A DNA stretch of 56,023 bases, filler included, from Catajapyx aquilonaris (lineage: Eukaryota): the NCBI GenBank assembly GCA_000934665.2. It is 2 parts of 2 records of this genome, joined end to end, with 100 filler letters (N's around TTAATTAATTAA, not from the genome) between each part and the next. Parts side by side here need not be neighbours in the genome. Positions count along the whole stretch, not along the records: positions 1 to 27,966 come from JYFJ02004974.1; 1 more part is not named here. The stretch is one strand, 5' to 3'. Shown piece after piece: positions 1 through 10,877 of the stretch. The position numbers and the translations under genes are program-made. Numbering within the stretch: position 1 is the first letter of the stretch; every line of letters starts with the position of its first letter. The notes beneath the pieces are model-generated. The model searched no databases, was not told the origin of the DNA, and saw only the letters and a list, made by a program, of their open reading frames with translations.

Positions 1-401
1 TTGGGACATCTCTGGCTCTATCTCCAGTGTGTCTCCACTAGACTAATCCACCCACAAAATGACTGTATATCAGACATTGTTCTTGCACCTTGCACCTCTC
101 CTCCCAATCACCCTGCACGTGGATGCTCTAACTAGGTCCAATGTAGGAATGTAGAACATAAATAATGGTGTGTGCTACATCCTTATGTACCTTGCAGTGA
201 GGTCAAGCACTACAAGGATTATTACTATCATCCCAGTAATTCTTGACTTCACTACGAGACATATCGCACAGACCTCTACTTACCAAAATATACAGTCTAT
301 GGTATTACTTCACATAAAGGAACATGCCGGCATAGTCGGGCCCGTAGTCGAGGTTGACCAGTTTTTAGAAATGCATGATCTGGTGGCTATTCCGGGGTAC
401 A

Positions 402-477
402 GGTCTAAGTGAAGTACATCGGTCTAAGTGAAGTACGTCGGTCTAAGTGATGTATGCTGGTCTAAGGGAAGTATGCC
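402..477. repeat. Tandem minisatellite, 4 x 19 bp (GGTCTAAGTGAAGTACRTC-like)
   Basis: Four adjacent copies: ggtctaagtgaagtacatc / ggtctaagtgaagtacgtc / ggtctaagtgatgtatgct / ggtctaagggaagtatgcc. Confidence 0.85.
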
Positions 478-2345
478 AGCATATGGCGAGGTTTTCACTT
501 ACATTATCCTTTCAGAACATGGCGTTTGCCTGAAATCAAAATCTATGAAGAGACTATCAAAAGGGCACATTTTCCTAATATAATATTTACCGCTCAGTAT
601 ATTGTTTTCAATTACAGTGTGTAGCAATAATCTACATTGAGCAGTACAGTGAGCACTTGATGACTTAATTTTTACATTCACTATCCTCCACTTCACTGAT
701 TTTTGGCAGATACTATTTCTTGAAATTAACCCTTTCATTTGTTAATATTACTGATATTATTATTAACTGCCTACCAGTGTACCTGAAGTATAGAACCAGT
801 TAAACCTGTGACCAGCCAACTATTGAGCAAAATGAAGGACTGAAGGAGTTTGCTTTAATCCTTAGCGAATAGGTGGTTCCGCTTTCATAGAAGGCCGTCT
901 ACGGGATAGGTCACACTCTATGTATTGTGTAAGAGAAAGTCCATATATTTTTCACTGATCTGTACTCGCCCATTTTTCCAACATAACATTATTTTAGTGT
1001 GGTACCAGAACCATTCAAAATTATTTGACAAGGAACAAAATGATAGAAATCTATCTCGGTTATTGTGGCATGCCCGGGACCCTCAGGTTATACCGGCATG
1101 CTGGTCGACCTTGTTTATACTGGCATGCCGCTTTATGTGAGGTCATACAGTATTTGGACCTTTGTGTGAAGCACCTGGATCTGCAGTCAAGCAAGGTGCA
1201 AGTGCAATGTTGTTAATAATGTGAATAATGAATTTGTAGTCATGTAGTAGAGTATTCAAAGTGCAACACAAAGTTGCTCCCTGTCAGATAATATCCATTA
1301 CCTAGACATGAAATTTTTCAATGCATGACAAATAATTACTCATGTAATGTGTACATCCAAAATGAGAAAAATTATAAGCATCTCCCTGCCCCCACCTTGC
1401 AACATTACTACATTAATTAGAGCCAATATTTTTGAAAATTGTCTCACAACTTTTGCCACACTCCCTACTACTTCTATGTCAACACACCATACGTATCTTA
1501 CACATATGTTTACAGAAATCAACATGCTTATAGTTTTGTTCAATGAAGCAAGAATTTTCATGCTTACTTAGTCATTCACATGATTGACTGATCAACTGCT
1601 TCAAATTCCAGATGTGAAACTAGAGTTTATCATTGGCCAAGCCTCGTGTCAGATTTCAGTAACAATGACCTCCAAGAAAGTTTGGTGAACTAAGATAAAA
1701 TACTGAAAAGTGAAGTAGTTTCTGAATTGCAACTAATTTTTAGAAATCTCCTGACTTGCAAACCTCTGACAGCAACAGCTACAAATTTGCAGCTATGAGA
1801 CAAAAATTAATAATAATTAGTGATAAATTAGCATATCCTTCAATATTCCCAAGTCTGATATTTCTAGCCATAATTTTTACTTCCTAAAAGTTCAAATTAG
1901 CAACATTTCTAATTATAGACATCGCTCTCAATGTCCTTCCTAGTACAGTGGCCACTGCCCTTGGAATTATCCAAACCGAATATGGAGCATCTTTTATAGC
2001 CTCAGGCAGAAGGGGGAAAAAATGACTGTAATTTTCTCATGCTTCCTCATTTTAATCCCTATCCCAATGTGACGGGTGGCCGTCAACACTATTGCAAAGT
2101 AAGAAGCACATGCTCACAACTTACAGTGCACAAGGCCTTTTTTTGTGCCTCGTGGCATAATTTCTTCCTTGCCAAACCCATTCAAAATGCCAGCCAATGG
2201 CAGTGTCACAAGATCCATGCAAAAAAAATAGTCTTACGCAATACATCCTATACCTTGACTTTGCGTAACCAATTTCTTACAGCTTAGACCTAACCATGCA
2301 TTACAAGAGTTATTCAAAAAGGCACTGATCTTGGAAAATACTCAC

Positions 2346-3800
2346 TTAATACAAATCCTCCCACGTATGCTCCAGTAATGCACATGGCAATCAGCATCCG
2401 AAGGACAACAAACACAATGTAGTTGGGGGCAAATGCAGTTGCAATGGAAGCAGCCACTTGGATTACAACTGCTACTAATGCAGATGGTCGTCTACCCCAT
2501 CTAACAATCAGAACAGAACAACGAGTTAGAATAAGGTCAACAAAAACAGACAGTTGTAAATAGATGGAAAGGGGCTGACTTGTCAGACATCATGCCAAAG
2601 AGCATGGCTCCAATCAACACTCCGCCCATATACGAGCCCTGGATGGTGGCCAGGAGAGCCCTACGGTCGCATACCAGGTTCCACTAGAAAAAAAAAAAGT
2701 GCTATTATTACCCTTGGCCATTATGCAATATTTCGGTCCAGAAAAAACATTACAATGTAATGAGGTTATCACATGCTGGCCTTAAATTCATAGTGTTCCC
2801 CCCTATGTTCCTAAATATACAAATCAGTACAAATGTAATCAAATGTGCCTGCATCGTTGCACTAGTATTTCTTGCTAGAACAGGACAGTGCATATTCGTC
2901 CTACTTGTATATGCAAATGTTTTTATCTATGCAATAATAACAATAGCATGATGCAGTCGTGGCAGATACCACAGGTGCTAGGTCTTTACAAACAGACTGG
3001 GAATCACTATAGCGACCATTCTTACTTCAGTGACAGTCGTCTCGTGGTACACAGATCTGTCGTAGTACCACCCGTCCTGGCACTCTTCTGTTGCAGTTTC
3101 ATTAGCTGCCTGAATGGCGTCTTCAAAACTCATGGTGGATAGGTATTCATAGTCTCTCGTGTATATCTTGCACTCATCCCAAATCTCCTTGTCGTCACGT
3201 GTCATCCTGGGAGAGAACATAAATAGGTGTCAGCGGTGCATGCCCAGAATAAATTTTTTCTTGCCCATCATGCAAGTCCATGCATATTAATTGATCAGCT
3301 TATGCAATTTGCACCTAATGTACCAACCAAGGTACCAATATGTTATCCTGCTGGACTTTGTGCCTCTCAATCACATGCGGTTAGCTGCAACAAGGCATAG
3401 TCCAGCAGATTGGATCATTATTTTGTAACACATCACTCAAAATTTATCAGATATTTGTTCCTTTACGTAATGTATTTTGTCAACTAATATTGTGCTCTAT
3501 GTGGACCCTACAATGTGGACGGTAGACCAGAGTTCTTCCCTTGGTCTACCGTCCACATCTTTATGCTCGTGAATGCACGTACCTCGGTAAAGAAATCATT
3601 TCCTTTTGCTCCATGGTCCAGTTGTCTGGGAAGTTCGGATAAAGATTGCAGTGATGTGCAGGGATGGCCCCCAAGAAGAGATATCCCAGATGGTGACACG
3701 CTGCTAGGAAAGCCTCCAGAGACAACGCCACAAAGACAATCCATTGCCACAAGCCCAGTTCTCCCGCTTCTTCCAGCAGGGCTTCAGCCTTCTCTTTCAT
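2346..3800 (-). CDS. SLC22 family organic cation transporter (Orct-like, MFS), first four coding exons; 3' part not found in window
   Basis: Phase-consistent GT-AG exons 3800-3583, 3206-3026, 2683-2580 and 2500-2346 translate to MKEKAEALLEEAGELGLWQWIVF...PAHHC...CQDGWYYDRSVYHETTVTE-WNLVCDRRALLATIQGSYMGGVLIGAMLFGMMSDK-WGRRPSALVAVVIQ...LRMLIAMCITGAYVGGFVL. EWNLVC and SDxxGRR are SLC22/MFS signatures. An acceptor at 3807-3808 implies an upstream non-coding exon. Confidence 0.93.
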
Positions 3801-4559
3801 CTTTTCCTACATAATCACCATTAAAAATTTTAACCGCTAATCTACAAATAATTTTTAAAAATGAACCAAAGTGATGCAAAGGCCACTCTTCGAATTTTCG
3901 CGCAAAAGAAAAGGTCGGCAAACCCGTCTAGTGCAAGTCTTAATGCAGAAATCCAGCCGGCGCGACATTTGATCCCGGGTACAGCTATCTCCAACCGGAT
4001 GCCTTCATCTCTATAGGGGTCAGCGTATCCAAAGCTATTTTTGCATCCAAAAAAAGGCAAGAGTGCACTTATTCTAGATTTTCCCAGACACGTGTCTATG
4101 TTTACAGTTCTATGAAAACCGAAAGTTCCGCCCTTTTTTTGTGTGTATAAATATCCCTGATAAAAAAACAGCCCCAGTTCACTGAATACACACCATTCAC
4201 GTGTGTAAGCCCAAAGTTTCCAATCGATATGGCAGGGAGGAATGGCCGGAATTTTGGGCTCCCCTGCGCAAGTCACATTACAAAAGGGAGCGTCCCTATA
4301 ACGGTACATGTTTTCACTTTTCTATTCAGCACTGAATAAACAGTTAGCTGTTTCCTTACAAGCTATGTACACATGTTTTTAAAAATGATATAACATGTAA
4401 AAGTGCACATTTGACCAGCTTAACACATATGGTAGCCACTAACCTGAGCCATCCCAGCTGCTTCTCCGTTCAAACCAACACTGGCTACTGAGTGGTTGGG
4501 TACCAAGTCGTGGTATCCTGTGTCAACAAAAAACGGAAGTTCCCGCCTACTCCACTACT

Positions 4560-4574
4560 ACACTAGGGGGCGCA
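4560..4574 (+). promoter_or_regulatory. CTCF-like motif (candidate insulator)
   Basis: ACACTAGGGGGCGCA closely matches the CTCF core CCACYAGRKGGCRC. Motif match only. Confidence 0.3.
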
Positions 4575-6190
4575 CACTTCAACCTTCATCATTTCTCAAA
4601 CTCAGACTGAAGAAGCAACCAGGACCACTTCCACTTTTAAACCTGCTCTTCCAAGTGCCAATTGGCACGTCTCTTCAAATATATGCACCCCTGAGAAAAA
4701 AAAAAAAGTACGTGCGTATGAAGTGATCCGACCGGACCCAAGAGGGCAATGGCTACATATGATGGCCTTTGCACCCCATACCAAACGACCCCTGTGGTCA
4801 CACCGCAGTTCTGCCACACACCTCGCCTGCAATACACAAACAGGTGCCACGTATTAGTTATGCAAAAAAATATGCATGGTCCCTACCCCCTTTTCACAAA
4901 ACAATCACTGTGTTTATCATGAAAATTTCATGCATGCCGAGCAATAAGTATGACCTCAAATGCAGTAATAACAAAGGAAGATATAATAAGTAATTGTTCC
5001 TGGCACACACAAAAAAACTTGTTGCGTATCCTGCAATGGTGATAATTCAGACTGATGGCCTTCGTAGCATTTCCGCGATCAAGGGCGTGCCATGTACAGT
5101 AAAAATACTATTTTTACATGCTATTCTTCATGCGTCACTAGCTTCGACGCCTAATTACCTATTGGTAATGAGAGTTTCTTATACACGCTCGTGGACAAGA
5201 TCCAGTGGCAGTGACGGAGTAGGCAGGTATATATTTACCTGAGCCTGCGCCTTGTGTTTGGCCATCATCCAAATCAATTTCGCCATTCAGTCACGTATGC
5301 ATGAAATAGTACGAATATTTTACTCCACACCCTTTGCCTATAAGGGGCACTGTCACTTCTTATGCGTCGCTTAGACTCTTATCTTGTATATGTTTTACAA
5401 CATGGCAGTTTCCAGACTGGTTTATCTTTGCTGAACCCGTTATGATACAACCCTGTACTATTTATGAATTCTGATGCTAATAAAAAACACACGACAGGAA
5501 TTCCGGATTGCCAACATCGACTAATCATATCAATATCCTGATACATCACTCTCTTTCGAAAAACTCGATTAATTAACTGCAATCAATAGTACTAACCAGC
5601 ACATGTCGATTTCTATTGAATAAACTGCCACCGCAAAATTATCAGGAAGTATGGTAATAAATGAATGGAAGAAATTCCGCACTATTGCACTCAACACATT
5701 CCAATAACATACCAGCACTGTATGACTCGCCCTGTGCATTTCTAAAATATCACTTCCATTGGCCTGTAGTGGACACTGATAAGTGCAGAACATTTTGGCA
5801 AGTGCTGATAAGATAGTGAAGCTCTTGCAAGATAAGAATGCACTTACCGAATATGGTAACAACAGTGCACGGTTCCCTTAAAAGCATGTGCAAGTGATGT
5901 TAGTACCCGGCGGTGCTCGTGTGGAAACAGGATGGGTGATAGGCGTTTACTGTGTTTATTCAGCCCTCATGTTGACAAGGACAAAACACATGGCAGGAAG
6001 TGGCATAGAAAGTCCATTAACCCCCAGAAACAAAAATATTACACACAAAAAATAACAACAACAAAGTGTATTGGTCCAAATTAGCACCAAGAATGCATTT
6101 TATCTTTATTCAGTGTTGACCTTCAATTAGACATCATCAGTATACATTGGTTCCGGTTCTTGGTCCCCGTTCCGGCTTCGTGCAATGCCA

Positions 6191-6662
6191 TTATTTGGCG
6201 GCTTCCTTCTTAGGTGGACAGCACTTGCAGTCGGCGCCACATTTGCAGGATGAGCCGCATTTGCACTCGCCCTTTGCGCATCCGTCTGCCATTTAGAGAG
6301 GACACACTCCATTGTTTTATGCACTCACATATTTCTTGAAGATTCGCATTAAATAAAGGTACAAATTTACGATTGTTTTTTTTTTCCGGCGTATACCAAT
6401 TTTTTTTTGTGAGAGGCTCAAATATGGCGGCTCCATGAGTCAACCCTCTTGGAGGCGCCACTAGGCTGTCTCTGCCTCACCCAAACGATACAATTTGGAC
6501 TATGTTGCCACGGGTTAGAGAATGGTGCCAATTTCTATTCTACAGCAGGTGTAGGCGGTGCTAAACACTTGGTGCCCTCGCTCCAGAAAATAAATTATTA
6601 TTTTTTTTGACAAACTGACAATACAACTCACCTTTGCACTGGTCGCAGCAAGGATCCGGCAT
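6191..6662 (-). CDS. Metallothionein A, 41 aa, 11 Cys, two exons
   Basis: Exons 6662-6632 (31 nt, donor G|gtgagt) and 6285-6191 (95 nt, acceptor ggcag) give MPDPCCDQCKDGCAKGECKCGSSCKCGADCKCCPPKKEAAK*. The PDPCC start is the crustacean-type MT signature. AATAAA lies at 6110-6105, with a TATA box and MREs upstream. Confidence 0.95.
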
Positions 6663-6740
6663 TGTCGTTGGTTTGATGTGTCGATTTACGATGTCTATCA
6701 GCAAGTATCTCTGGCACAATGCCTGGGGTACACACCTCCA

Positions 6741-6843
6741 ACCTCTTTATACCCCCCCTATCATGTACCGGGTGGGGTGCAAACCCAGCCAATCGTTTGT
6801 CGAGAAGCGTCCGCACATCGATCGTGCGCAAAAACCGTGTGCA
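6741..6843 (-). promoter_or_regulatory. MT-A promoter: TATA box plus three metal-response elements (TGCRCNC)
   Basis: On the minus strand: TATAAA 6751-6746, TGCACCC 6781-6775, TGCGCAC 6830-6824 and TGCACAC(GG) 6843-6837. Confidence 0.85.
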
Positions 6844-8317
6844 ACCCAGGTTACTAAATTACATATCCACCCCCCAAAGTGCAAAAAGTGACAATGCAAG
6901 TGCAACATTTTGTCTAATCGCGGATGTCTGATAGTGGTGCCAAATATTTAGGTTGATTCATTCTGTTTTTGTTGTTTCCTTTCACAACTGTATACAGTAC
7001 GTGAGAAGGTGCCTTGAAGAATATTTATAGCATTTGTTAGCTCATAGACGGTCTAATAGGGCACCCAAGAAATCGGCGTCTACAAACAGGTCAACTAAAT
7101 ATTACCTTTGGCTTTTATCACTGGATGGAAACCATCTGAATAAATATCGATCAACCCCCAAGGACCTTTCATATTTGCGTCGTAGAAACCTTTGCCAGGA
7201 TGACTATGCTTTGTTGGCTATAGACAGGCGGTCTCTATTCATAGACTCGATCGTCAGCTTCGATAACAATACCTTTGTGGGGGCCACACCTGGTGACATA
7301 TGTAAAGGCATGTTTGCTTCAGGTCATTTATTACAGGGCATGTGAGAAATACAGAAGTAGCAGAAGGGGTCAGCTCTATTCATATCGAGGTTGCAGCAAC
7401 TGAGGCAATGGACTCCACAGGTGTTGGTGACGTCAAAGCACTCCGGGTCAACTGCCAAATAAAAATAGAGCAAGAATTTCTAGGAGGACCATGCAAGTAT
7501 AGTGCAAATTCATGGCCCGTTTCAACAGCGGTTATCGGACGGAAAATGCAGTTTTACGAGGCTGTAATTTCGACGTCGACGTCGTAGAAATTTTTTTATA
7601 GTAATTCGGAGGCTATATTTGGACGGCTCGGGTATTACCTTATCCAGTTGTGCCGTAAATATAAAAAAAAATGACTATTCTTATCGCAGGGTATTGTATA
7701 GATGGTTTCTTCAGCTAGGTTACTTTAATTTTAACATTTTGTTGCATGGCCAGTTACAAGAATTGCATAGTGACAAGTTGGCTGAACTTTCTGGCAGTTG
7801 CTCTAAAATTATATAGAATAATTGCGCGTTCGTAAAATAAATCCGCAGCCATAAGTTTGAACAGTCATTCTCACATGTAACAGAAGCCAATTAACAAGTA
7901 AAAGAAGCGGAAGTCTCCTAAAAATCAGCATGAGGAAAACCGAAAGTGAGACCAATGCAACTGAGACGTATAGATAATCGAACTGACACTCAATCCTGTC
8001 TTCAAGGTGTAACAATGACGTTGTCGCATCCGCAATTTTCCACCTCATTGTCAATGAAAGACCTCCTTACAAGAGTGGCACTTGTCCAACAAATAGTGTA
8101 ATTTTCCACGTAAACAACAGTCTTCCGGACTGAAGTATTTACTTGCACCGAATGACCTGTTTTCACGCATTTCTTCAGAAGAAAACTGCGTTACAGGGTG
8201 TTCCATAATGACTATATGGTCCAGCCAGCCAGAATTTCTTAATTTCTTGAGAAACGAGGCCATCCTATAACCATTCATAACCAACCAAACCTGACCATAT
8301 TCACCTGTTATTTTATT

Positions 8318-8810
8318 TTATTTTTTCCCACTATCGCACTTTCCGTCGGCCCCATGCTTGTGTCCCTCGTGGCATTTGCACTGGTCTTTAGGACACTTGC
8401 AGTGATGACAGCAGCCCTCGCATTTGCATTGTCCCGGAGGACACTTGCCTGAGAAGAATGATGAAATGAACAAGGCGCTTCTAATATCGACATTCCTTTG
8501 CCAAAATCGATTCCCCCCAACCCTGCACGAAAATTCCATCCCAACATGCAAGATGGGCTAGGTCATCTATTTTTACCCTAGTCCCCACCCCCAAAAAAGC
8601 CTCCAAAAAAACCCAGCAAATTGGTCCCAACTGCTCTGACTGTCAGACAATGCGCTTTTAGGAAACAACTGTTAATCTTATCATCAAAGGAGTCACCCCA
8701 GATTTGAACTTTAAGCTTAACCTTGAGAGTAATCAGGCGCCAAATTGATTTTTTTTTAAATAAATAAAAAATGAGAATTACTCACACTTGTCGCAGCACG
8801 GATCAGGCAT
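8318..8810 (-). CDS. Metallothionein B, 51 aa, 13 Cys + 5 His, two exons
   Basis: Exons 8810-8786 (25 nt, donor T|gtgagt) and 8448-8318 (131 nt, acceptor ttctcag) give MPDPCCDKCKCPPGQCKCEGCCHHCKCPKDQCKCHEGHKHGADGKCDSGKK*. AATAAA runs occur at and just past the stop. Confidence 0.93.
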
Positions 8811-8836
8811 GGTGTGAATAATGACCTATGTGTACT

Positions 8837-8876
8837 ACCTCTTTATATACCTTTTATGTACCTGGGCCGTGTGCAA
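8837..8876 (-). promoter_or_regulatory. MT-B promoter: TATA box plus extended-consensus MRE
   Basis: TATATAAA at 8849-8842. TGCACACGGCCC at 8875-8864 matches the full extended MRE consensus TGCRCNCGGCCC. Confidence 0.85.
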
Positions 8877-9757
8877 TATGCACATGCATAATTCCGCTCG
8901 AATAAGTGCGTGACACGGATATGTCACCAATTATGACTAGTCACAATAGTTGATTAACATATGGCCGGATCTTCCGTTATCTGAGTGTGGATTTCGATAT
9001 CGATATGGAGTCAGGAATAAATTATATGATGACGAAAAAAAAAAAAAGTTGGTAGGGATCATGCTACTGGCCAAGTTATGCGATCTGATTAAAAGCTGGC
9101 TGCAATATGTGATTAGGAATTATCGCTCACATGACATTTTCCGCCAATGGGGTCACGTCATTGCCAAGGTTCCTGTTCGTATCTGTCATTAGATGCAGCA
9201 AAAGTAGTGACGAAGGACATACGTTCTAATTAACATTACACGGTGAGCCAAGTTTTACACTTATTTTTACCCAAGTGCGTTTGTACAAATGTGATAAAAT
9301 TGTAAGCATGAAACTATCTGCTTCAAAGTGAGCTAGTTGTAGCGGTCAAATAGGCCTATTTAGTAAATAAGTGGTATGTAAACCTCACGATAAATCTGCT
9401 GAAAAACATCGTAAATGATAATTAAGGGCCGTACAAATGAGAAAATAATAGTCCGAAGGCATGCCAGCGACATTAGTCAACTGACACTGAAAGTGGTCAA
9501 TTCGGTCCGAACTGCGTCAACCTCCACTTATTGCAACTACCCTAACCGACCGTCTCAATTGGCTTAATTGGCATATTATTCGCTTTATTTAAATTGACAT
9601 CTTCGCAACTTCAACTCCGCAACCCCTTCCCATCCGCCACCTACAACCTGCAAGGCCACATACACATGTTTAATTTATTACAAGGAGAGCCCACCCAGAA
9701 TATGATTAACGCGTTGATTTGTCATTACAATTGGGCAATACTTACACTGCGGTATGT

Positions 9758-9849
9758 TGCACCATATGTATTGTGCAATGTTGCACACCCCCATTTGGAT
9801 GCACAGAAATATTTTCCGAAAAAAAAAAAAATCTGGTTCGTCACGTGAC
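9758..9849 (+). promoter_or_regulatory. Putative promoter of the acidic-protein gene: MRE/MRE-like cluster and palindromic GTCACGTGAC E-box
   Basis: A perfect MRE TGCACAC at 9782-9788, three more TGCAC cores at 9758, 9771-9777 (reverse) and 9800, and GTCACGTGAC at 9840-9849 (CLEAR/USF/Mitf-type). Confidence 0.5.
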
Positions 9850-9960
9850 TAAACCAAGTGTGTACCCGAAATGCATGATGGTCATTTCCGTATGGTATAT
9901 ATTTTCCGGATCCGGGTTGTATTCGGTCACTTTCTGCTTATCCGTTTAGTCGTTTACGAT

Positions 9961-10644
9961 ATGAGCCTTCCCAACCGCCAGACTAAGCGTAAGTAGTAAT
10001 CACGTGCTGTATAGGTATTCGTAATGAATTTTATGTCCATATTTCAGTGAACGAGTTGGGATCTTTGTCATCTGATCCTGACATGGGCAACAGGCAGGGA
10101 AACAAGGCTGGAGCTGCCGAGACCAAGCCGGAGGACAAGGAAGATCCGCCAGCAACAACACCAGAGGTCCCAGAGGACAAGAAGGATGCTCCTGAGGAGA
10201 AGCCACAGGAGGAACAGGTGACGAAGGATGCCCAACCGGAGGCTCCAGAACCTACCACCACTGAAGAACCTGTGAAGGAACAGGCAGCGGACACACCCGT
10301 TGCAGAACCAAAAGACGAACCAAATGAAAAGCCAAAGGAGGAGGAACCAGAACCAAAGAGCGAACCCGCAAAGGAAGAACCAAAGGACAGCGAACCTCCG
10401 AAGGAAACTCCTGAAGAAAAGGCGCCAGAGGAGCCCGTAAAAGGTAAATATAACTTTTAAGTCTAATTGAACACTACTAATGTGGATTTCTCTTTGCACA
10501 GAAGAGGCTAAGGAAGATGACAAAATTACGGAGGGTTCGTCCGAGAAGAAGGCTGAGGAAGGAGACAACAAGGGCTCCGAAGGCGCCGAAGATCAGCAGC
10601 AGGCCGCTGAGAAGCCTTCAGATGGTGCAGAGAAGCAAGAATAA
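9961..10644 (+). CDS. Acidic Glu/Pro/Lys/Ala-rich intrinsically disordered protein (BASP1/GAP-43/MARCKS-like composition), 188 aa from ATG 9961 or 167 aa from the MG start at 10083
   Basis: Exons 9961-9988 (C|gtaagt), 10048-10443 (G|gtaaat) and 10502-10644, with 59- and 58-nt introns, join in frame: MSLPNRQTKLNELGSLSSDPD-MGNRQGNKAGAAETKPEDKEDPP...EEPVK-EEAKEDDK...AEKQE*. No Cys or aromatic residues. AATAAA at 10760-10765. The family label rests on composition only. Confidence 0.85.
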
Positions 10645-10830
10645 TTGAATAATTTTTTTTGTAATTGAGCTGGTTTCAATAGCTACTTGTGTACATCTTA
10701 AATTTACTGTCGATTTAAATAAGCTAGTTTTTTTGTTACCAAGAAGGTTGCCAAGCCTCAATAAACGCCTGTTTATCATACTTGGTTGTTGTCGTTTCCA
10801 AGGTGATCCCAATTATTCCTTCCAAACTTG

Positions 10831-10868
10831 AAATTCTAGTGAACTCAAACCAAAATTCTAGTGAACTC
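10831..10868 (+). repeat. Short direct repeat AAATTCTAGTGAACTC x2 immediately upstream of the MT-C start
   Basis: Identical 16-mers at 10831-10846 and 10853-10868. Confidence 0.8.
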
Positions 10869-10877
10869 GAAGTGGCA

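Noticed and set aside
402..477. 19-bp repeats as a CRISPR array
   Set aside because: The copies are directly adjacent with no unique spacers, the context is eukaryotic and there are no cas genes.
3842..4309. 155-aa ORF and a plus-strand TATAAATA at ~4146
   Set aside because: No homology cues, splice structure or downstream ORF support; probably SLC22 intron or upstream DNA.
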